Below are positions 29,491-39,062 of a stretch of DNA of 39,062 bases, in pieces. Both the position numbers and the translations under genes were made by a program. Location of the stretch: NCBI GenBank assembly GCA_048941265.1, contig JBHLNT010000022.1:1-39062 (forward strand). Reading direction: 5' to 3'. The notes beneath the pieces were generated by a model. It was not told the origin of the DNA. It saw only the letters and a list, made by a program, of their open reading frames with translations, and did not search any database. This DNA comes from Promethearchaeota archaeon. Its GTDB lineage: Archaea; Asgardarchaeota; Lokiarchaeia; Sigyniarchaeales; SOKP01. Each line of letters starts with the position of its first letter. Position 1 is the first letter of the stretch.

Positions 29491-31230
29491 TTAGTCAATT
29501 TCTTTTTGAGCTTTTTCATTTAATACTCGAAGTTTTTCAATCAGATTGTTGTTAGGAGGGATTTTATAAATATGAAATTTATCTTCATTAAGATGAGCAA
29601 AACGACCACTTTTAGCGACATAAGGATTATTCTCAATAGGTGTTTTTAGATTAATTTCAATTACATAGTTTCCTCTTAAAGCAGGTCTTTGAATAATTGA
29701 AGAAATATTATTATAATTGATTTTACAAAATCCAGTAGGATAATCAACAAGTATTTTTTTATCAGTAAATATATATTTCATATTTCCCATTTTGTATTTG
29801 CTGCGTGCTCCTCCACATAAACAGATTGATGATATAGTGCAAAATACCATACTAAATATATATAAAAGGGAAAATAAAAAAGTAGCATATCTAAGATTAG
29901 TAATTATTAAAGTGATATAAATAATTAATGATACAGCCAATATTGCAGATGATATCAATATCATTTTTTTAAATCGTGCTTTTTCTTCATAAATAAAAAA
30001 AATCTCTTCATCCGAATCTAAATGAAGTTTATAATCAGTATATATTGGATCTAGGCTACTTATTGGTTCCATTCTTAATTCTTCTATCTTTTTAAATTCG
30101 AATTCTTTTATAGGATATTCTTTCTTTGTTTCTTCCGAAATCTGCTTAATACTCTCCGATTCTTGTTTTAATATTTTTTCTTTAGATAATAACAATCCTT
30201 TATCTTTTTTCCATTTAATCAAGTAGCAAAAAAACGCTTCAAAAACATCTGGAAACAAATCAATGGGTCCAAATCTTAATTCTTGTGTTGAATCAAAAGA
30301 AGATTTTATAATTATTCCATCCAAATTCTCTTTCCATTTAAGTGGTCCAGATCCCCATTTCTCAATCTTAAAAAAATCTAACGTTGTAGATGAATTGAAT
30401 TGAATATTTTCTGATGAACCATAATTTATTAAAGAAATTTTATCAGTATCAAGAACCAATATAGAATTTTGGCTAGACGCATTCTTTTTCCACTTTCTTT
30501 TCTGAATAATATAATATATACTATAAATTGTACCAAATGCAAGTGGTAAAAATGTTATATAATAAAGGAGTCTAAATAGACTATTATTTGCTGCATTAAT
30601 TGTGATTGGTATCATTATAATACCAAAGATAATTAAAGGGATAAGGAGAAAAATATGAATTGTCCGTTTCTTGCTCTTTTCGTTAATTTTGTCCAAGATT
30701 TGTGAGGATAATTTACATTCATATGGAAATTGAATATTTAATTTATTTTTTATAATATCCCATCTATCTTCAATATCAGCATAATCATAAATAATAGATT
30801 CAATAACGGTTTGTAGTTTTGATATACCCGGCATTGTCGAAAAAGTAAATAAATTGAGCTTTAATGCACTATATTCTGGAATAAACTCAATTGTTCCAAC
30901 ATCCTCTCCTTTATCCATTCTCTTTTTTTTAAATATAATAGCTTTTAAAGATTTTAAATTGATTGAATCAATTGTATCTATATTACTATACTTCTGATCA
31001 ACATAAATTTTTTTATTTGTTATATATAACTGTTTTTCTGATTTTCGACCAATTTTTCTAAATCCTATAGGAATTAAAATAACTATGCTAAGCTGTAACG
31101 CTAAAAATAAGATATCAATAAAATCAAAATTAAATCCGAAAATGAAGAATAGAAAAAATTGTCCTATTAGCACAATAATTAAACAAGCTATTGCCATGTA
31201 TTTAGCATGTTTTTTATACTTAAGTTCCAT
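29491..31230 (-). CDS. membrane protein with three repeats of a TM hairpin plus PH-like domain; true start probably upstream (about 31299)
   Basis: Repeated pattern of 2 TM followed by YITNKKI / VLDTDKI / IFTDKKI, typical of bacterial-type PH domains. Confidence 0.7.
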   Translation of the reverse strand: MELKYKKHAKYMAIACLIIVLIGQFFLFFIFGFNFDFIDILFLALQLSIVILIPIGFRKIGRKSEKQLYITNKKIYVDQKYSNIDTIDSINLKSLKAIIFKKKRMDKGEDVGTIEFIPEYSALKLNLFTFSTMPGISKLQTVIESIIYDYADIEDRWDIIKNKLNIQFPYECKLSSQILDKINEKSKKRTIHIFLLIPLIIFGIIMIPITINAANNSLFRLLYYITFLPLAFGTIYSIYYIIQKRKWKKNASSQNSILVLDTDKISLINYGSSENIQFNSSTTLDFFKIEKWGSGPLKWKENLDGIIIKSSFDSTQELRFGPIDLFPDVFEAFFCYLIKWKKDKGLLLSKEKILKQESESIKQISEETKKEYPIKEFEFKKIEELRMEPISSLDPIYTDYKLHLDSDEEIFFIYEEKARFKKMILISSAILAVSLIIYITLIITNLRYATFLFSLLYIFSMVFCTISSICLCGGARSKYKMGNMKYIFTDKKILVDYPTGFCKINYNNISSIIQRPALRGNYVIEINLKTPIENNPYVAKSGRFAHLNEDKFHIYKIPPNNNLIEKLRVLNEKAQKEID

Positions 31231-31501
31231 ACTAATTTTTTTTTCAAATATTACATTCTCGTCTTTAGGAATATTTCTATATAATTCATTTGAAATAATG
31301 ATTTTGCACCCTATTTTAAATTTTATATATTTGGATTTATTAAACTAATAAGTTAAATTAAGATATATAAAGGTTTCTAACAAATAGTTTTTTAACTTAA
31401 TTGTTAAACCGATGATTGAAAATCTGTAAAATTGTTGATTGATTCTATAGATGGATGAGAAATTCATATTATTTGGGTTAAAAATTATAAAAGTCATATA
31501 A

Positions 31502-33943
31502 TTATTCTTCAAGCTCTTTGGCACATTTACCTATTGCGACGACTGAATCACCTTCATAAAGATTTATAACTCTTACACCCTTTGCCTTTCTGTGAGTAAT
31601 TCTGATTGAATCGACAGGAACCCGAATCATTTGCCCCTGTTCGGACCCTATTAATAAATCTTTTTCTTTTGCAATCTTTATTGCGATAACTTCATCATTT
31701 TCCTCCTCATTGAGAGATATATTGATAACGCCCTTAGCAGCTCTGCCTGTTTTTCTGTACTCTTTGATTAATGTTCTTTGCCCATATCCATTTTTAGTGA
31801 GAGTTAAGACAATTTCATCATCAGTCACCAGAAGACTATCGATAACTTCATCATCTTCGCGCAAATCCACCCCCTTAACCCCCATAGTGTTTCTTCCGAG
31901 TTCTCTTAATTCTGATTCATCAAATCTAATGGCATAACCAAATTTTGTAGCAATGAATATATCTTGGAGCTCGTTTGATAATTTCTTAATACTTACTAAT
32001 TTATCGTCAGCTCTTATCTTTTGGGCTCTAACTCCAGTAGTTTTAAATTTGGAAAATAACCGTAAACTGCACTTCTTTATAATTCCATTTTTTGTAGTCA
32101 TTATAAGCATTTCATTAGTGTTAAAGTTATTAATAGGAATCATATCAGAAATTTCTTCTTCTCCTTTTAAGCTTAATAAATTCACAATAGGTTTCCCCTT
32201 AGCCGTTCTCTTTTGCAAGGGAATTTCAAATGCTTTCATCGAATATACTCTTCCTTTTGATGTAAAAAATAATATGGTGTCATGAGTCGAGCACACAAAT
32301 AAGTCGGCAATAAAATCTTCTTCTCCAACGGTCATTCCCTTTTTACCGCGTCCTCCACGCCTTTGGGTTCTGTATTCGGCTAATGACATACGCTTTATAT
32401 AGTGGTTTTTGGTTAAAATAACAATTGTCGGCTCTTTTTTAACTAGATCTTTTTCTTCAATATTTTTAGTTTCAATTGGCTCCTCAATAATTTCTGTGCG
32501 TCTTTCATCACCGTATTTTTTACTTAATTCAGATAATTCTGTTTTAATAATCTCTAATCGTTCTTGCCTATTTTTCAGGATTCTCTCATACTCCTTTATT
32601 TTTGTATTTAATTCTTTTTCCTCATCGATAAGTTTCTGTTGTTCTAAATTGGTCAATCGAGAGAGTGGCATGTTTAAAATTGCTTTCACTTGAATTTCGG
32701 ATATTTCATATGTGTTCATAAGCTGATTTTTAGCGTCGTCGGTATCCTTTGCGCTTTTTATAATTTTAATCACTTCATCAATATTTTTTAACGCGATTAA
32801 CAATCCCTCGACCTTATGAAGCCTTTCTTGGGCTTTTGAAAGGGCAAATTGAGTTCTTTTATAGACGATATCAAGCCGGTGATCGATATATTCTTCTATT
32901 AATTCTTTAAGATCAAGTATTTTAGGTTGTTTTCCGTTATTTATTAATACTAAATTAATTACGGGAAAATTTGTTAATAGTTTAGTGCGTGAGAATAAAA
33001 TGTTTTTAATAATTACAGGCTGAGCATTTTTTCTAAGCTCTAATACGATCCGCATTCCCTTCCGGTCAGATTCATCTCTTAAGTCTCGAATATCCTTTAA
33101 TACTCCATCTTTAATGAGTTTTGCAAAAGATTCTATTAGAGCAGTTTTATTTACTAAATAAGGAATTTCAGTAATAACTAATCTTATATCTTTTCCTTTA
33201 GTCTCTACTTCAATTTTTCCCTTCATAGTAATAGTTCCTTGCCCCGTTGAATATGCATTGTAGATGCCTGTTGTATTAGTAATGATACCTCCCGTTGGGA
33301 AATCTGGTCCTTTTATTATCTCCATTAGTTCTTCTATAGAGATATCGGGATTATCAATCGTAGCGATAATTCCAGTGCATATTTCGATAAGGTTATGCGG
33401 GGGCATTGAAGTTGCCATTCCAACAGCAATCCCTTTTGTTCCATTAAGTAAAATATTCGGAAGTTTACTAGGTAAATAGTTTGGTTCTAATATACTCTCA
33501 TCAAAATTAGGTTGAAATTCTACAGTCTCCCTATCAATATCTTCAATTAACTCGTTTGCAATCTGTGAAAGTCTCGCCTCTGTATATCGATAAGCTGCTG
33601 GAGGATCCCCATCAATTGAGCCAAAATTACCTTGGGGATCGATTAAAGGATATCTTAATGAGAAATATTGACCCATTCTCACGAGAGCATTATATACAGA
33701 TGAATCACCGTGAGGATGAAAATTTCCTAATGTTTCTCCTACGATTTTAGCACATTTAACATGAGAACTGGTATAATACCAGTTATTATTTGCCATGGCA
33801 TAAATTATGCGACGATGAACATGCTTTAATCCATCTCTTACATCTGGAATTGCTCGTCCAATTACAACAGACATGGCATAATCGATATAACTACTTTGCA
33901 TCTCTTCTTTTAGTAAAACATCTTGAATATTTTCTACAGTCAT
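31502..33943 (-). CDS. gyrA: DNA gyrase subunit A
   Basis: [30 protein letters not shown] (catalytic Tyr), GyrA-box QRRGGRG and C-terminal pinwheel repeats. Confidence 0.97.
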   Translation of the reverse strand: MTVENIQDVLLKEEMQSSYIDYAMSVVIGRAIPDVRDGLKHVHRRIIYAMANNNWYYTSSHVKCAKIVGETLGNFHPHGDSSVYNALVRMGQYFSLRYPLIDPQGNFGSIDGDPPAAYRYTEARLSQIANELIEDIDRETVEFQPNFDESILEPNYLPSKLPNILLNGTKGIAVGMATSMPPHNLIEICTGIIATIDNPDISIEELMEIIKGPDFPTGGIITNTTGIYNAYSTGQGTITMKGKIEVETKGKDIRLVITEIPYLVNKTALIESFAKLIKDGVLKDIRDLRDESDRKGMRIVLELRKNAQPVIIKNILFSRTKLLTNFPVINLVLINNGKQPKILDLKELIEEYIDHRLDIVYKRTQFALSKAQERLHKVEGLLIALKNIDEVIKIIKSAKDTDDAKNQLMNTYEISEIQVKAILNMPLSRLTNLEQQKLIDEEKELNTKIKEYERILKNRQERLEIIKTELSELSKKYGDERRTEIIEEPIETKNIEEKDLVKKEPTIVILTKNHYIKRMSLAEYRTQRRGGRGKKGMTVGEEDFIADLFVCSTHDTILFFTSKGRVYSMKAFEIPLQKRTAKGKPIVNLLSLKGEEEISDMIPINNFNTNEMLIMTTKNGIIKKCSLRLFSKFKTTGVRAQKIRADDKLVSIKKLSNELQDIFIATKFGYAIRFDESELRELGRNTMGVKGVDLREDDEVIDSLLVTDDEIVLTLTKNGYGQRTLIKEYRKTGRAAKGVINISLNEEENDEVIAIKIAKEKDLLIGSEQGQMIRVPVDSIRITHRKAKGVRVINLYEGDSVVAIGKCAKELEE

Positions 33944-33986
33944 ATTAAAGGACCTTTTTAATCTTTTAATTTAGAAATAAGTGAAT

Positions 33987-36035
<2,049 letters not shown>

Positions 36036-36320
36036 GAAAATACTGTTATTAAATTGTTTTTGTAAAAGTAAAATAATTCAATTAATTCTGAAATTTTTCG
36101 AAATTTTACGATTTACTATGTAACTATAATGGTGCACCCATTTATTAATTATTGGTACAATTTGTTATAAGCCAATATAATTTTCTTTTTTAAAATATTA
36201 GCCAGATTTATCAATACCTTTAAGGTGTCAGAATGATATAATCGAACTTCAAGTTTATCTCAGATTTTTAAAATCCAAGCCATTTTATGAAGATTAGAAA
36301 TTATAAAAAATAAGGGAAGG

Positions 36321-37214
36321 TTATTTATTCTTTCGTAAAATTTCAGCCATTTTTATAATCTCTATTAATTGAGAATTTATATCATGACTCCTAATTATGT
36401 GCGCCCCATTATAAACGGCAATTGCAGTTGCTGAAAGAGTACCATTATATCTATTTTCAGGTTCAGGAATATTTAATGCCGAGCCAATAAAGGATTTTCT
36501 AGATAAAGCTACTAATATCGGTTTTTCTAGTTTTCTAAGCATTTCTAAATTGTTAATTATTTTTAAATCATATTCATAAGTCTTTTCTTCAATCCAATGC
36601 CCAATTCCGGGATCTAAAATAATATTATTTTCATTATAACCTTTAGATTTAAGCCTATCAATAGTAATTTTAAATTCTTTCATAATATCTTCAATATATA
36701 ATAAATCACCTGGAATCCTTTTTGAAGCCATTAAAATTATTGGAATTTCTCTCTCAATAATAAAATCTTCTAAAGAAGGATCAGTTTTTAAACAACTCAC
36801 ATCATTTATGATAATTTTTTTGTTGAATTGTATTCCAATATGAAAGGTTGATTGAGCTACTTCTTTATATTGGGTATCAACCGAAATAATAATATCATCT
36901 GGAATTTTTTTACAAAGTAATTCCATTGCGGGGAGGATGCGGCTTAACTCCTCTTTAATAGTAATTTTTTTAGACCAGGGTGCTGTCGACCTTGCCCCTA
37001 AATCTAGCAATGTTGCTCCGTTTTTTATCATATCCATAGCAATATGCTCAATTGTATTAAAATCTTCATATACCGAGCCTCTATAAAAAGATTCAGGACT
37101 TAAATTAATTACACCCATCATGACTGTAGGATGTTCATCCCCAATTTCTAAGAAATCAAACAATTTACAGTAAATCGAATTTAATTCCATAAAGGGAAGA
37201 AAAAAATATATCAA
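36321..37214 (-). CDS. folP: dihydropteroate synthase
   Basis: MGVINLSPESFY, GA..LDLGARST.P, ISVDT, INDVS, ILDPGIG, ALSRKSFIG and IIRSHD. Start is probably ATG 37190. Confidence 0.92.
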   Translation of the reverse strand: MIYFFLPFMELNSIYCKLFDFLEIGDEHPTVMMGVINLSPESFYRGSVYEDFNTIEHIAMDMIKNGATLLDLGARSTAPWSKKITIKEELSRILPAMELLCKKIPDDIIISVDTQYKEVAQSTFHIGIQFNKKIIINDVSCLKTDPSLEDFIIEREIPIILMASKRIPGDLLYIEDIMKEFKITIDRLKSKGYNENNIILDPGIGHWIEEKTYEYDLKIINNLEMLRKLEKPILVALSRKSFIGSALNIPEPENRYNGTLSATAIAVYNGAHIIRSHDINSQLIEIIKMAEILRKNK

Positions 37215-37239
37215 ATAAGTTTAATTCTTTTTATGTACA

Positions 37240-38031
37240 ATGAATCTTTTTTCTATTAAGCTTCCTTTAATTAGAAAGAATGACCCTCTATTGGAGATTA
37301 TTATCAAAAATATAAAAGATAAAGGCGAAATTCTTAAGGAGGGAGACATTATTGTAATTTCAGAAAAAGTAATTGCGACTTCACAAGGAAGAATTATTAA
37401 TTTAAATGAAATTTCAATTGTCTCAGAAGAAGCAAAGGGGATGGCAAAAGAATTTGATATGGATGAGAGATTTGTAGAAATAATATTACAAGAGGCGAGT
37501 GTGATTTTAGGAGGTTTACCAGGAGGGCATGTTATCCTCGCGAAGATAAATGACCTCTTAATAGCAAATGCGGGAATTGATCAGTCGAATGCTGGACCTG
37601 AAAATGTTGTCTTATTACCCAAAGATCTCGAAAAAGTTGTATGGGAATATAGGAATGTCCTAAAAAAAGAATTTAATATAACAAATTTAGGGGTCATTTT
37701 TGCTGATTCTCGAGTGCAACCGTTAAGAAAAGGAACAATTGGTATTGCCATAGCCACAGCTGGTTTTGAGCCCATTGAAGATTTGAGAGGACATCCAGAT
37801 TTATATAATCGTCCTCTGCAAATTACTATGAGAGCTATTGCAGACGATCTCACTAGCGCTGCTCAATTTCTATTAAATGAAGGAGACCAGCAAACTCCAG
37901 TTGTTATCATTAGAGGTGCTAACGTAAAATTTACTGAACACCCTGAATTGACAACTGAGATGCCTGCTGAAGAATGTTTATATATGAACATTTTTTCGAG
38001 ATATCTACTTAGAAAAAAAGAAGAATATTAA
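37240..38031 (+). CDS. cofE: coenzyme F420-0:L-glutamate ligase (CofE family)
   Basis: GDIIVISEKVIA..QGR, ANAGIDQSN, DLRGHPDLYNRPL.IT..AIADDL and EG..QTPVVIIRG. Confidence 0.9.
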   Translation: MNLFSIKLPLIRKNDPLLEIIIKNIKDKGEILKEGDIIVISEKVIATSQGRIINLNEISIVSEEAKGMAKEFDMDERFVEIILQEASVILGGLPGGHVILAKINDLLIANAGIDQSNAGPENVVLLPKDLEKVVWEYRNVLKKEFNITNLGVIFADSRVQPLRKGTIGIAIATAGFEPIEDLRGHPDLYNRPLQITMRAIADDLTSAAQFLLNEGDQQTPVVIIRGANVKFTEHPELTTEMPAEECLYMNIFSRYLLRKKEEY

Positions 38032-38202
38032 AAAAAGCTTAGACTATTTAGAGTTAAAATCTCTCCAAAATTGTAAAATACTCAACAAAAAGGGATATTA
38101 AAAAAGTTATTAGTGAGATTTTTTATTTATCATTAACTTATTCTTTCAAATTGATCTTTAGTTATTTTTTTAACACATTCTTATCACTTTTTAAGGAGAT
38201 TT

Positions 38203-38889
38203 ATGATGGGTTTTTATGAATCATTAATAAAATGGAAGAGTCATATTTATGACGATTTTTTAATAAATCCTAAAGTCGTGAAATATTCCATTATTTCCTC
38301 TATGATAACCTTTTGTTCAGCGTTAGTTATTGGATTTATTGTTGCTCAATTTGATCCTGACGGGTACAATATTATTGATAACTATATTAGTGATATGGGA
38401 TCTTTTAATCATACACCATTGCCCTATTTTTTAGATTATGGTGCAATGATTACATCAATTTTATTGATACCTGCCATTTTTTACATGGAATACAGACTTG
38501 CTCCAAATCCCATTGAATCAGGTGAATTTTCTCGAATGAGATATCGATTAAGCAGTTTAGGATCATTTTGTATGTTTACAGGATTCTTTGGTTTTTTCAT
38601 GGTTGGGTTGTTTTCAGAGGACCGAACCACCTCTTTAGGGTTGCATTTTATCTTTTCACATGTTGTTTTTGGGGGTGTAGTTTTTTCAAGTATCTTTTAT
38701 GGATTGCTTATATTATTTTACAAGACTGAAATTCCCCGATTACTCGGATTATATATGATTATCTTCCCATTTCTAACAGCTGCATTAATGCTAATGTATT
38801 ATACACCACTTTTTGAATGGATAATGCTCTTTGCACTCTTAATTTGGGTTGTCCCGGTTTTTGGAATATTTTTAAAAAACCTAAATTAA
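38203..38889 (+). CDS. DUF998 family membrane protein
   Basis: GYNIIDNYISDMG, VGLFSED..LH..FS and a C-terminal FEW; AAGGAG SD. Confidence 0.75.
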   Translation: MMGFYESLIKWKSHIYDDFLINPKVVKYSIISSMITFCSALVIGFIVAQFDPDGYNIIDNYISDMGSFNHTPLPYFLDYGAMITSILLIPAIFYMEYRLAPNPIESGEFSRMRYRLSSLGSFCMFTGFFGFFMVGLFSEDRTTSLGLHFIFSHVVFGGVVFSSIFYGLLILFYKTEIPRLLGLYMIIFPFLTAALMLMYYTPLFEWIMLFALLIWVVPVFGIFLKNLN

Positions 38890-39062
38890 GTTTAAGCATC
38901 AAAAATTTCTAAATTTTCTTTTAAATTATATAATTTTTTCTTTTTTATATTAAAAATCCGTGAAATTTTTTAGAAACCGTTTACTAGTGAAGATAAGCTA
39001 ATTTTGTAATTATATTATAATATATATTGATTTTACTGGTTAGATTTCAATGAGTAATTGCT

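Noticed and set aside
36128-36143. Imperfect palindrome AATGGTGCACCCATT upstream of gyrB
   Set aside because: It could be an operator, but it is a single short instance with no supporting evidence.

Overview
AT-rich archaeal chromosomal window, most likely from an Asgard archaeon (Lokiarchaeia-like). This assignment is inferred from an actin-related protein, a gelsolin-domain protein, a roadblock protein, an MglA-type small GTPase, intron-containing tRNAs and archaeal cofactor genes (cofE, folP), alongside gyrB-gyrA. The main finding is that gyrB is interrupted after codon 22 by a 30-nt insert (35940-35969, minus strand) carrying an in-frame TAA. The insert folds into a bulge-helix-bulge (BHB) motif whose predicted tRNA-splicing-endonuclease cuts exactly restore the conserved GLEGV|RKRPAMYIG motif, so it is a candidate EndA-spliced mRNA intron in an essential gene. 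The window also holds two tRNA genes (Thr-GGT, Met-CAT), each with two non-canonical BHB introns of 30-33 nt, flanking a free-standing LAGLIDADG endonuclease. Other points of interest: a divergent actin next to a catalytically dead CHAT protein, a gelsolin/roadblock/vWA cluster, and several genes that appear to start at ATH codons. All calls come from reading motifs by eye; no searches were run.
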